Below are positions 31,901 to 49,595 of a stretch of DNA of 49,595 nt, in pieces (within the stretch, counting starts at the first letter, position 1; each line of letters begins with the position of its first letter). The DNA lies in NCBI GenBank assembly GCA_002269645.1, contig NIVC01004019.1, forward strand, positions 1-49,595, read 5' to 3'. The DNA is from Macrostomum lignano. Its lineage: Eukaryota. The notes under the pieces were generated by a model. That model searched no databases, was not told the origin of the DNA, and worked only from the letters and a program-made list of their open reading frames with translations. Position numbers and translations under genes: made by a program.

Positions 31901-34900
31901 TGGGAGAGATGGTTCCGGTGAGTCACTAATCTGGGTGTGATGGTTCCGGTGAGTCACTAAGCTGGGAGTGATGGTTCCGGTGAGTCACTAAGCTGGGTGT
32001 GATGGTTCCGGTGAGTCACTAAGCTGGGTGTGATGGTTCCGGTGAGTCACTAAGCTGGGTGTGATGGTTCCGGTGAGTCACTAAGCTGGGTGTGATGGTT
32101 TCGGTGAGTCACTAAGCTGGGAGAGATGGTTTCGGTGAGTCACTAAGCTGGGAGAGATGGTTCCGGTGAGTCACTAAGCTGGGAGAGATGGTTCCGGTGA
32201 GTCACTAAGCTGGGAGAGATGGTTTCGGTGAGTCACTAAGCTGGGTGTGATGGTTCCGGTGAGTCACTAAGCTGGGTGTGATGGTTCCGGTGAGTCACTA
32301 AGCTGGGAGTGATGGTTCCGGTGAGTCACTAAGCTGGGAGAGATGGTTCCGGTGAGTCACTAAGCTGGGAGAGATGGTTCCGGTGAGTCACTAAGCTGGG
32401 GGTGATGGTTCCGGTGAGTCACCTAGCTGGGTGTGATGGTTCCGGTGAGTCACTAAGCTGAGAGAGATGGTTCCGGTGAGTCACTAAGCTGGGAGAGATG
32501 GTTCCGGTGAGTCACTAAGCTGGGAGAGATGGTTCCGGTGAGTCACTAAGCTGGGAGAGATGGTTCACCCTGAACCCATTGGTGATTATAAAAGTGCACC
32601 CTGAACCCATTCGTGATTATAAAAGTACACCATGAACCCATTGGTGATTATAGAAGTACACCCTGAACCCATTGGTGATTATAAAAGTACACCCTGAACC
32701 CATTGGTGATTATAAAAGTACACCCTGAACCCATTCGTGATTATAAAAGTACACTCCGTCCTGCAGGACAAGAGCCTCCTCCACGTCAGCCAGCTCTGCC
32801 TGGTGGACCTCGCGGGCTCCGAGCGGTCGCTCCGCACGGGCAACGCGGGCAGCCGCCTGCGGGAGGCGTCCAACATCAACAACTCGCTGCTGGTGCTGAA
32901 GCGGTGCATCGAGGCTCTGAGGGAGAACCAGCGAGCTGTGAGCGCCGGGGGCGCCAACGCCGCCACTAAGATTGTCCCGTACCGGGAGAGCAAGATGACG
33001 CAGCTGTTCAAGAACTTCTTTGACGGTGACGGCTCCGTCAAGATGGTCCTCTGCGTCAACCGCAACGCCGAGGAGGTCGAGGAGACTGCGAACGTCCTGA
33101 AGTTCGCTGAGATGGCCTCCGAAGTGCAGGTGGGTGCTGACCAACTTCTGTCTTGTTTTTCCCATCAATAACCTGTCATCTTCATCTAAGCTTATTCTGG
33201 TTCTCATCACTGATCCCCATCACTGATCCCCGTCACTGATCCCCGTCACTGATCCCCGTCACTGATCTCCGTCACTGATCCCCATTCCTGATCCCCGTCA
33301 CTGATCCCCATTCCTGATCCCCATCCCTGATTTTCCTGATTGATCCCCGTCACTGATCCCCATCACTGATCCCCATCACTGATCCCCGTCACTGATCCCC
33401 ATCACTGATCCCCGTCACTAATCCCCATCACTGATCCCCGTCACTGATCCCATCACTGATCTCTATCACTTATCCACGTCACTGATCCCCGTCACTGATC
33501 CCCGTCACTGATCCCCGTCACTGAATCCCCGTCACTGATCCCCGTCACTGATCTCCATCACTGATCCCATCACTGATCCCATCACTGATCCCCATCACTG
33601 ATCCCCGTCACTGATCCACGTCACTGATCCCCGTCACTGATCCTCATCACTGATCCCCGTCACTGATCCCCATCACTGATCCCATCACTGATCCTCATTG
33701 CTGATCCCCATCATAAGCCCATATTCCGCGACCCCCGCAGGTCGTCCGCTCCAAGGTGCCGCAGACGCCCCGCTGGCAGGCCGCAACGCCGCGCCCGCAG
33801 GTGCCATCGGCGCCGCCATCGTCGTCGGAGTCGGCGGAGGACGGCAGCAGCGGCCGCATGTGGCAGTTCGACAGCATCCTGCAGGTGTCTCCGTCAGCGC
33901 CGGACTCGGCGACCGCGGCAGCTGGCGGCTCGCTGCGGGAGTCGCAGTGGGAGCTCTGGGAGCAGCGGGCGCGGCTCTTCAGGGCCGAGCTGGACGCCGC
34001 TTGGGATGGCGGCAGCGGCAGCGGCGACCTCCTCGAAGAGGTGCAGCGGCTGCAGGCGGCGCACCGGGCGGAGAAGGCGAGGCTGGAGAAGCGGCTGAGG
34101 AACGCGGAGATGCGGCTGTGCAAAGACAGGGCAGCTGCGGACACGGGGAAGAAAGAACTGCTGAGCAGACTGGAGGACCAGGAGAACCAGCTGAGGAGGG
34201 AGCGGGCTGACAAGGAGAGGCTGCGAGACCAGTTCAAGTACCGCATGGTGAGCACTGATGAAGCTGGGGATGCTGGGGCAGCAGTTCAAGTACCGCATGG
34301 TGAGCATTGATGAAGCTGGGGATGCTGGGACAGTAAAGATGAGGCACGGAGGATGCTGTGGCAACAGAGATGAGGCATGAAAGATGCTGGGGCAGCAGAG
34401 ATGAGGCATGGAGGATGCTGTGGCAACAGAGATGAGGCATGGAGGATGCTGGGGCAGCAGAGATGAGACTTGGAAGATGCTGGGGCAGCAGAGATGAGGC
34501 ATGGAGGATGCTGTGGCAACAGAGATGAGGCATGGAGGATGCTGGGGCAGCAGAGATGAGACTTGGAAGATGCTGGGGCAGCAGAGATGAGGCTTGGAGG
34601 ATGCTGGGGTAGCAGAGATGAGGCATGTGTAATGCAGCATCTCAAGCTCCACCCGCCCCTCCCCGCAGGACGCGGTGCAGAAGTCGGCGGTCCGCCCGCG
34701 CCTCCGCCGCAGCCGCTCGCAGGAGCAGCTCAACGCCGATGCAGCCGCCGCGCCAACGCCGGGCCTCGTCAGCCGCCTGCGCTGCCGCTTCAGCCCGGGC
34801 GCCAGCGGCCAGAAGGCACCGCCGCCGCAGCCGCAAGAGCTGCCGCCGCCACCGTCGAATCCTCGTAGCCGAAGGTCCCGCAGCGCCGGGCAGCTGGTGG

Positions 34901-35962
34901 TGGACCACCACGCCAAGCACGAGACACCCAGCGGCACTGTGCTGTGCGCCAAGGTGCCGGGCAAGCGGAAATCCGTCACCAAATTGGAGGTTCGGGACAT
35001 TCGCAAGGCCACGGACTATGTGCTGACGCACCAGACTGCCGACGGCAGCGGCGGCCTGCGCACTGAGGTGTACAAGGGCTCCGTCACCCCCACCGCTGGT
35101 GGCGGCTCCGCTGTACGATTTAACGACATCGAAATGCTGTCTCAGGTGAGCTGTTTTAGCGTCCGTTGAATTCAAGCCAACCGTTGCGATCTAACTTGTG
35201 GCCATTTTATGTGCGACCTTTGAGTCTAGAGACACTAGGGTCATTGTGTGATCTCTGATTCTAGAGTTAGCGTATCCTTTCAGGTCTAGGGTCATTGCGT
35301 GACCTTTAAGTCAAAGGTAATTGCGTGACCTCTTAGTCTAGGGTCATTGCGTGACCTTTTAGTCTAGGGTCATTGCGTGAACTTTTAGTCTAGGGTCATT
35401 GCGTGACCTTTTAGTCTAGGGTCATTGCGTGACCTTTTAGTCTAGGGTCATTGCGTGACCTTTTAGTCTAGGGTCATTGCGTGACCTTTTAGTCTAGGGT
35501 CATTGCGTGACCTTTTAGTCTAGGGTCATTGCATGACCTTTAAGTCTAGGGTCATTGCGTGACCTTTTAGTCTAGGGTCATTGTATGTATCTTACTGTTT
35601 CTGTGTGATCCACATTGGAAAACTAGCCAAATATATTAGGCAAATATATAGCAGCTAATCTGAGCCCTGCTGTTCAACCCCGCCAGATTTCGCCCACTCA
35701 GCTGGTCGCTGGCGGATTCGCCGCTGGCGACACGTCCTGGCTGTTGAGCAGCGCCGCGCGTCGTCGACGGGCCAGCATAGTCGGCGTAGCCGGCAGCGCC
35801 GGAAGCAGCGGCGGCCGGAAACGCCGAGCGGCTGCCATTGCTGGCAACGATGACGACGACAACGAAGGATGTCGGAGAACGCCGCAGCTGCCGCCGCCGA
35901 CGCCGCATCTGGTTGGGTCGCCCGATGCGGCCAGTCTGACCTCGGAGGATGACGAGCTGTAA
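28991..35962 (+). CDS. KIF23: Host kinesin-6 KIF23/MKLP1/Pavarotti; exons 28991-29160, 29625-29991, 30998-31390, 32767-33129, 33741-34247, 34669-35145, 35687-35962
   Basis: VEVFCRIKP, GVTGSGKS P-loop, SSRSH, DLAGSER, VPYRESKMT, a coiled coil, and the MKLP1 tail RRSRSAG...YVLTHQ...TAGGGSAVRFNDIE. GT-AG boundaries keep the frame. Confidence 0.93.
29330..29580. repeat. ~31 bp intronic minisatellite
   Basis: CTACTAACAGTAGAAATGCGCTAATTTTG-like units. Confidence 0.88.
30040..30972. repeat. 22 bp intronic minisatellite
   Basis: CAGCAGCCTCACTCGCT(A/T)CTGT units. Confidence 0.95.
31373..32566. repeat. 32 bp minisatellite containing the KIF23 exon 3 splice donor
   Basis: CTGGG(AGA/TGT)GATGGTTCCG|GTGAGTCACTAAG repeated about 37 times. 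Confidence 0.95.
32567..32755. repeat. 31 bp intronic repeat
   Basis: CCCTGAACCCATT(G/C)GTGATTATAAAAGTACA units. Confidence 0.9.
33206..33712. repeat. 13 bp intronic minisatellite
   Basis: ACTGATCCCC(G/A)TC units. Confidence 0.95.
34250..34625. repeat. Intronic minisatellite
   Basis: GGAGGATGCTG(G/T)GGCA(G/A)CAGAGATGAGGCAT units. Confidence 0.9.
35280..35585. repeat. ~26 bp intronic minisatellite
   Basis: TAGGGTCATTGCGTGACCTTTTAGTC units. Confidence 0.92.
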
Positions 35963-38416
35963 TTTAATAACTGTAAATCAGTGGACTTGTACTTTTTTCA
36001 CTTATTTCTTGTGGTGATAAAAAATCTCGGGTTTGATTTCTTGGGATGATACAAAATCGTAGGTGAAATTTTATGAGGCGATAAAAATATCTGAGTTTTC
36101 TTAGAAAAGCTAAGTTTCATTGGGATTTCTTTGAAAAGTCAAAAATTTAAAAAAAATCGGGTGAGGTTTTTTATAAAAGTAAATAATATCGGTTAAGATT
36201 TCTTAGAAAAGTAAAACAATCGGGTGAGATTTCTTTATGGAATAATGAATCTCTGGTTAATTAAAGAGGAATGATAAATTACAGATAACGTGTTTCTTAA
36301 CAGTTGACTTACCATTTTAGTTTCTTTATTTATCAAACTTATTTGCAAGTTTAACTTATTAAATATTATCTCTAGTCTAGTCTTTGTGTTAAGGTTTATA
36401 ATTAGCCATGCAGCAAACCTAAGTCGGCGTGAACGTGTAAAATGCCTGTATTATATAGTATAGAAAACTTTATCGTTTTTTCCGAATTTAAGGCTGTTCC
36501 CGCATGCTTCTATATCATAATTTATAATTCATATTGTATTTTAATTAGCAATGATCGCATGTAGCAATAATATTTTTATTTGCTTTTTACATTATTTCAC
36601 TTTTTTCAACTGCCAAAAATGCTCCACTTAGTAGGTGCTTTGCGTATCGCTCTACTAGCAGTAGTGCATGATTCATTTTTTATACTGGCTATTTAGACGT
36701 GTCAATTTTAGCATTTTCTTTGTTTTTTAAATGGACCGACAATTTTTTGTTAATTTTTATGACAATTGCACTTTATCATTATGTAATTTAATGCATATAA
36801 TTATACTATTGTGCTCAGTCATAATGCACTTGCAGGCATACTATATGCTTTATTTTGCTGCTATTTTTGTTTATACTAACACCAATATTTAGACGAAATT
36901 ACAAAAAGGCTGCGGAATCTAAAGGCCAAAACTCTCTCATGCACATTTCGAATGCAACAGAACGCTGTCACGTCACGGCTAAATAATAAATTTGCGTCAT
37001 CTGATGCCTGTAGGCTTGCTTTGTTTTTTATTTTAATAATAAATGTTTTAACATCAAAAATATGTACGAAGACATCAAGGAAAAAAAGTTCTGACATTAA
37101 TAACTCTTGCAATGCAAGCTAGATCTGCGGTGCCCAAAACCGACGGCTTAAGCTGAAAAGTACATCGTGAATAAATTTTTATTTAAAAACTCATTCTGAA
37201 CTTCGATCGTTCCTCGGAATATTTAAAAGCTCAAAAACTCGGAATTAAATTAGATAATTTTTCTATCTAGTATCCTCTTTATGTTTACACCCTTGGAACT
37301 TTTATTTTGTGGAATTATAGGAAAAATACGTTGAAAGATAAAATCAGAACTATAATCTACCGGTAGTAAAAATATTCGATTTTTAATTAGTCCAATTTTA
37401 AGGTTTAAGGTGACATTTTATGTAATTTTCGGATAATACGAGCCTACAAACTTTTCAATAAACACTCAGTAAGGAGTTGTGCCTTATTTATATTTTATTT
37501 TTTTAAGACGGAATAAAAAAGTCCCAAAACAAAAACAAAAAATGTCGAATAAACAGGCGTAAAAATTAAAATTATTAAACAAAATTGAAAGAATAATATA
37601 TCAAACGGTGGTGACATAAAGGAATATTGATAAACACGTATATATGTATAATAGTAGTATAGGAAGAAATGCAACACGGACAAAAAACAAAACAAAAAAG
37701 CCACAACACCGAAATCGGGATTAATTTCCGTAGAGATTTTTAGAAGTTTGTTTAAATGAAACCGAAAAAAGTTAAAATCTCTACTTTCAAGAACTAAATA
37801 AAATGAAATCACAACTTAAAATGATGGGAAATTTTAAAGCAGAAAAAATCGATCAGCTGTACTTTGGAATGCACTTTTAGAAAGATCACAAAGTACATAG
37901 GATAATCCAGTTTTATAAAGTAAAGCTAAAACTAGGTGTCAGAATATTCAACTGACGAGTAACTGCTCAGCAAAAATTATGTTTATTAAAAGCACAATAC
38001 AAAAACAAACAACGCAGAAGTACACAACTGTTAATTCGAATGCATTTGTTGTTCCAAATAAATAACAAAGGATAATTCTAGGAAAAGTTTTTAATTTGAT
38101 TATCAATAATTGGTTAAAATCGATTAACACAACCGTTAAGTCTCTGTTGGTAGTATAACACTGCAGAAATATAACTGGTTAATATATTGATAGCTAACAA
38201 GCTTAAACAGTACTGCACAGACTATTACAACAATTATTAAAACTATCATAAAATACAATAACTACAAAACTATGAGCTTAGATGTTAATGAGACAATAAT
38301 TATAAATATCCATAAAACAATTCTTTATAGATGAAGAATTTCTGACTTAGCTGTTTTCGATAAACAACTTGCGAATATTGAGAATAATTAATTGACTCGC
38401 GGCTTTGACAATTGCA

Positions 38417-43770
<5,354 letters not shown>

Positions 43771-45345
43771 AGTTGGCTAAAATTTGGACAAAAGTATTTT
43801 AAATTTTTAAAAAAAGTTATTTAAAAAGGATTATTTAGCAAAAGTAAAAAATGTGCCTAGCTATAGCTATATAAATTAGTTATGAACTATGAAATTGAAA
43901 TATCAGGTTTTTAGTCTTGATTAGGCTAGTATCAGGCTTTAATATTTATAATTCATAAAGAATGTGCAATAAAAAATCCAAATTTATAAAATGAGTTCCC
44001 CCTGGCCTTGAAAAGTAACCTAATGTACTCTTGTGGATTGTAATTGCAATGTGGTCAAATTAGTTTTTTATTGATAAAGTAAGCCAACGATAAAATACAG
44101 CATTCTATTGTAGAGAATTTTAAAATTAGTCAGTTTCAGACTAAGTTTAAATATATTTTGTAAGATTTGTAGAAAAAGATCACAGGACACAGGGTGAAAA
44201 ATAGTTAATTTTCTAAAATTAAGAACAGTTTTCTGACATGGCAGAAGCAAATGAAAACTGCATGTGTATTTTAATAGCTAAATAGTGTCACAGAAAAAAT
44301 TGTAAAGATCAAGAGGCTTAGACAGAGCCTTGTTACAATTACGACAAAATGATGAGCTTAGACAGACCTACTTTGGTGAGCTATTGAGAATTGTTTTATA
44401 ATAAAACTCTTAGGAACTAAAGGTCCTAAAAATGATCGAAAGTAGGAAAGTTAACTTCAATCCATGCCTAACGCTAATAAAAGCTGAACCAGAGAGACAG
44501 ATATCGCGCCATATATCAGCTTGAATTGATTTTGGTTTAAAAATCAACAAAACAACTAATATCAAATTCGCGCAATGTTTAATTAACGAGACGCTAAAAC
44601 AAAATGCTAAAACATATTTTATAAAAATATTTTAAAATTTTAAACCTAAGTTCTAATATAGGTTTTTTAAACTACTTTGTTTTCTAAACTACGGGTTTTA
44701 ACAATATTAATGCCTACATTTTTCGAACTTGTGCAATTTTAATCCGTCAAACAGACAACCGGCCTGCACCGGGCCGGCCAGTGTGTTGCATTTAAAAGCA
44801 TTCACGCATTTAAGTGAATTTTGAATAATGTTCACTTTTATGATTAGGCCCCCTTTGTTCTATATTATTAAATTTAAAGCGTTGAACTTATTGCCAAGGA
44901 CTAGGCCTACTCAACTTGAGTCTGCAAGTAGGCCTACTTGATTAGTCCTAGTCCTTGACTCCTTGCGTATTGTATTACCATTGTCAGTGACGCCACAGAC
45001 ACTGACAGTGTGGCAAACTATTTTTTATTGTACAATAATAATAACAATTTTAGTGAATAACTCAATAAGTTCAATTACAAGTTGAAACCTTAAGACTAAA
45101 GCATTTTAATGTTAATTTGTAAATATTATGTTTTATTATATGATTATGAATAATAGTAGCCAGAAGCCAGCCAGTCCAGTAGCCCAGTAGGTTCATATCT
45201 TAGATTTAGATTTTGGCGAGTAGGCCTAACCTACCACTACGGCACTGCCACTACCTAGGCCTACCAGCAGATCCAGCAGGAGATTAGGATTAGGATTGAG
45301 ATGGGAGTGTGCACACCATTCTGCATGAACAGAACACCTTAAGGT

Positions 45346-45726
45346 TAGAGGTCGGACAGGATTGAAATCTTTGGGCGGGATCGGGAATAATTTTTTTCTT
45401 GGGATCGGGATTCGGGAATCGGGATCAGGTCTTTTAGTGTATTGTCCATGTAAAGTTAAACAAAATTGAGAAAAGATTGTCAAGATCAAGAAGTAAAACA
45501 CAACAAAATTGATATGAAGTTTTGTAACCAACAAAGTAAATAATATAATGAGTACAAGTTAAAGCAAAATACCTTTAAGTAATCACTAATTCTATAAATT
45601 ATTAATCGAAAGACCTGTTCCCGAATCTCAACTTTTTTAGGGTCGGGATTCTGGTCCCGCGGGAATTCAATTTTCCTCGGGATCCCGAGATTTCGGGATC
45701 GGGATCGGGATCCCGTCCGACCTCTA
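45346..45726. mobile_element. hAT-type MITE with an 8-bp target-site duplication
   Basis: TIRs TAGAGGTCGGACAGGAT / ATCCCGTCCGACCTCTA, flanked on both sides by CTTAAGGT (45338-45345, 45727-45734). Subterminal GGGATC repeats. Confidence 0.85.
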
Positions 45727-48249
45727 CTTAAGGTGTAGAAACTGGCTTCCCACCCAGTGGATCTCCCATCAGTTGTCAGTCAGACATGCAGAAGGATACT
45801 AAAGTAGCTTGGTGCCAATTCATGACTACAGAAATTTGAATCTGGGATATCCTCATAGGCAATAAGACCTGGATTTATTTAGGCCTATACAACCCCAAAA
45901 GCAAGCACTAGTCAGTCATGTGGACCTTTGGAAATGAGGAAAGCCCCTGCCCACCAAGTTTTGATATAGCTAGTGTTAGCATGTAGATAATGGCCTGTAG
46001 ATAGATATTTACAAATGCATAGTCTATCAGCAATAAAAAGGTTGTAAAATAAAAAGAAATCCAAACTATAGCAAGTTTTAAATGCTTTATCATTATTCAT
46101 ATTGCCTATCTAGTTAAATAAGTCACATGATAAATACAAAGTTTGTTGTAGTTATAAATTGATAGACTATCTTGTGACATTGCTAGTTAAAGTGGTCCCG
46201 CAAAAGGGCCATTGGACTGTAGTTTCCCTTGCAATTTCTCACTTAAATTTCTCCAATGGTTTTATTTTAATGTTTACTTGTAGTAGCATGCAACTAATCT
46301 GTATCAATTGCTAATTCACTGTGTATTTGGTAGACCTTGCGTTCGTCTGTAAAATTTAGTACAATTGATAATTTCAAGTTCTCTTGCCAGCCAATGAAAA
46401 TTCTCCGCGTGTATATTGCTAGCCCTCTGTGCTCTTTATTAACCCCTGCCTGGCGGTGGGCTGGGGGGTCTTCGCTTGTCTCCTTTGCACCTCCCTTTCT
46501 CTTGCCTGGCTGCCTCGAGCCTCCTTATCTCTTGCCGCAGCTCCTCTGTCTGGGCCCGCCTGTTACATACCATTACTCCACTGTGTACTGCCACAGCTAA
46601 CGCCATTCTCGCCGCTACTATCTGCCCATCTACTTATTACTCGCTGCTTCCACTGTGCTCATTGCCATCACCCACCATGTTGCATCACCATTGTATCTTT
46701 TGTCTGCTACTCGACTTCATAATTCTAAATTACCTTCAAAACCATTGTTGCAGCCGCCAGTGTCCCAAGCACAATAAGTTTTGTATTGACATTAACCATT
46801 TCTAATATTGATCTCAACAATAAATTAACTACGGCAGTTTCCTGCCCTTATCCGCCAAGTGCTCCGCTACACCATCCGCTTTGCAAGAATTGACTTCGAT
46901 TCATTTTGGGACTACAACGACTTGCAATAATTCTCGTCAAACGGCCCTTTTAAGGGCCCTAGCCACTACGCCAATAACATGACAATCTCCTCTACCATTT
47001 TTAAATAACATGATAAATCTACTTTTTTTAACTAACTTTTTTATTAAATTTTCTATATTAAAGTAGGCAAAATTGTTATATACCCTATTGGAATAAGTGA
47101 ACAAAAGGCATCCAACCATCCATTGCAATTTCAGAATTTTCTAGTGGCATGTTGTAGCTAGAGTAAAGACAGGTGGTTTTGTAGTGCAATGCCATTTTCT
47201 AGTAAATTGCAAGAGTAACTATGACTATGGTTGTTTTTAAATGACCACTTAGACTTATTCAACAAATACATTGAAAAAGTGCGAGTTTGTTTTCCTAAAG
47301 GCTAAATGCCTTTGTTATCTAATTAGTACTACACCTATATTTGGTACAAAAATTCAATGCAAACATGTTCTATGTTGCCTCACATTTTTGAGCTATAATT
47401 TTAGACCCCATGTTGCATGTTTGCAGGTTTTCTACACTTATATTTCAATAAATTTGCATAGGATAATTCTATATTTATATATAAATTTCATATTTGAATT
47501 ACTGGACCATCTAGGGATACATATTAAATCAGGCTAGATGGCCAGCTTGCTCAGCTTTAGATATAAAATATTAATAGAAAAACCATGTTTAGGGCCATTC
47601 CATATAATTATGGTTGTAACATGACAGACTATTTTTACTTATAAAATGAAATCTAATAATAGAATATACTAAACCAATATTTGGAATGAAAGATTATTTT
47701 GTCAAGAATATGTTTATAAAGTTTCATATAGATATCATCAATAGTATAGATGCTATTAAACCTTGAATGGCACTTATGGTCGTAACAACAAGATTTTTAA
47801 CATATAGAGACTAAAAAGGTAAAAGTCTTATAACATTTTTCATTTTTAATATTTTGCAATAATTTTTTTTTAATTTGACTAAGAACATCTTTAGAAGTCA
47901 TACTCTTTATTAGAATATATAAACTCAAAAAGGCAACAAATATACAAAAGAAAAGGCAGCCTTATGGTCATAACATTATGGTCATAACATTTTTTTTTCT
48001 GTCAATTCAGTAACTTTGAGGCATTAATATATTCAAAATATAATAAATTATATGGTTGCTAATGTTTTTATCTGATGATGCAAGTAGGCCTACTATAATT
48101 TAATACATAGTTTGTTTTAACTTTCTAAAGCTTTCTATTTGTTTTTAAAAGGTACATAAACTTAATGATGTCTTTTTCTTAGAAAATGTCCAATTTTTTT
48201 TACAAAAATAACTTTTTGCCAATTGATAACATACTAATCCAACATTTTA

Positions 48250-49072
48250 CGAGGGTGTCCCAAAAGTTCCCGGAATGTCTAACATAGCTCTTCAACAGAG
48301 CCATGAAATTTCACGCCCATGGTGTCAAATGAAAAGAAATTTTGTCACAAAGAATACAAAGTTAAAATCATGTTGATATCTTTTTTATTCAAGAGCTACA
48401 GCAAGAAACGTGCGCAAAGGTCAGGGGTAGTGTTACACAACCTCAACAATCTATGGCAATAATTTTTTCATCTCCATTTTTGGAGTTTTTCATTTTGAAT
48501 TCGTGCTACCGACGTGTCAGAAAGACGTGGTAGTGTCTATGGAAAAAAGCAGAAATGCTCATAAAGCTAATCTGAGCTTTTGCGCGAGTGCAGATAATTC
48601 ATATCAAGCGCTTGCCTTCAACTTGAAATTTCTTTGCAAAAATGAGTTCTCTTCAGAGCCTTGAAAGTCAGCAAAGTCAAGTTTTTGCCCTTTGGTCAGT
48701 AGGATGGAGTGGAGCCAAGATTTCTGACCACTTATTCTCCATCCACGGTGAGAACAGCCTGAAAAAAGCTGCAATTTACGGATGGATCGAATGCTTTAGA
48801 GATGGCCAGTCTGCTGTGAATGAATTCAAAATGAAAAATTCCAAAAATGGAGATGAAAAAATTATTGCCATAGATTGTTGAGGTTGTGTAACACTACCCC
48901 TGACCTTTGCGCAAGTTTCTTGCTATAGCTCTTGAATAAAAAAGATATCAACATGATTTTATTTTTGTATTCTTTGTGACAAAATTTCCTTTCATTATAC
49001 CATGGGCGTGAAATTTCATGGCTCTGTTGAAGAGCTATGTTAGACATTCAGGAACTTTTGGGACACCCCTCG
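48250..49072 (+). mobile_element. Internally deleted Tc1/mariner element
   Basis: TA|CGAGGG...CCCTCG|TA with ~230-bp inverted arms. Remnant GWSGAKISDHLFSIHGENSLKKAAIYGWIECFRDG resembles the mariner N-terminal HTH. Confidence 0.88.
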
Positions 49073-49595
49073 TATCATTTATTTATTCTTAGATTGTATA
49101 CATTACATATAAAAAAGATTAGGTAAAAAATTGGCTGATAAGGCAATGACAAGCAAAAATATTGACTTTTTTCTTTTTTTCAAAGATGTCTATCTTATAT
49201 GGAATGGGCCTTTAGGCAAAAATGATCATAGTGGTCAGTAAGCACAATGCATTATAAAAATATTGAAATTTTAATGTATAAAAAGTGTTATAGCTTTTTT
49301 TATTACATGACTTATTTTCAAAAGTAACATATTTGTGTCATATTTAACATATAAAAAAGTAAAATTTAACATAGAGGGGCGTCTAGAAAGTAGTATTACT
49401 ATTACTTGGTGTGGATGTATGGAAAGTTGCACTTGCATGAGTTTGGTGTCATTTGAAAGCAGCAAGTCTCTTATTTAAAATGATAGCAATTGCAAGAGAT
49501 TTGAATATGTGCTTCAAGAGATATGGATAATTAAGTAGAGAAAGGTCAGTCATAGACTTACACAAGCTAAATTTTAAGCTAAAAATAGCATTCAG

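Noticed and set aside
31373-32566. CRISPR-like array (32-bp periodicity)
   Set aside because: Head-to-tail repeats with no unique spacers, no cas genes, and located in a eukaryotic intron.
33695-35175. Long minus-strand ORFs opposite KIF23
   Set aside because: Antisense shadows of GC-rich exons and repeats.

Overview
Eukaryotic (animal) genomic DNA in two parts. (1) Positions 1 to about 17203 are the right-hand ~17 kb of a Polinton/Maverick (adintovirus-like) endogenous virus. It encodes protein-primed PolB, a primase-D5 helicase, a RING protein, a discoidin-domain fibre-like protein, an adenain protease, penton, packaging ATPase, major capsid protein, small core-like proteins and a phospholipase A2 (PLA2)-integrase. 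It lies just inside intron 1 of a host adenylate kinase gene. (2) Positions ~17.2-49.6 kb hold spliced host genes (AK3-like exon 1, RIOK3, kinesin-6 KIF23/MKLP1, an MFS transporter) with satellite-filled introns and DNA-transposon remnants. Main discovery: the viral PLA2 gene is split in its conserved G-P-G loop by an 880-nt self-splicing group I intron (IC1-like; minus strand 16546-15667). P1, P2.1, P3, P4, P5abc, P6, P7, P8, P9 and the terminal G can all be read from the sequence. The intron carries a PD-(D/E)XK restriction-enzyme-like ORF. The ligated exon junction is GGT|CC, a GGNCC site, and my manual scan found no GGNCC site anywhere in the 17.2 kb element, whereas the host DNA has many. 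This suggests a homing/self-immunity system built on a short-site nuclease. All protein assignments come from motif recognition, not database searches. Many Polinton frameshifts look like single-base homopolymer errors.
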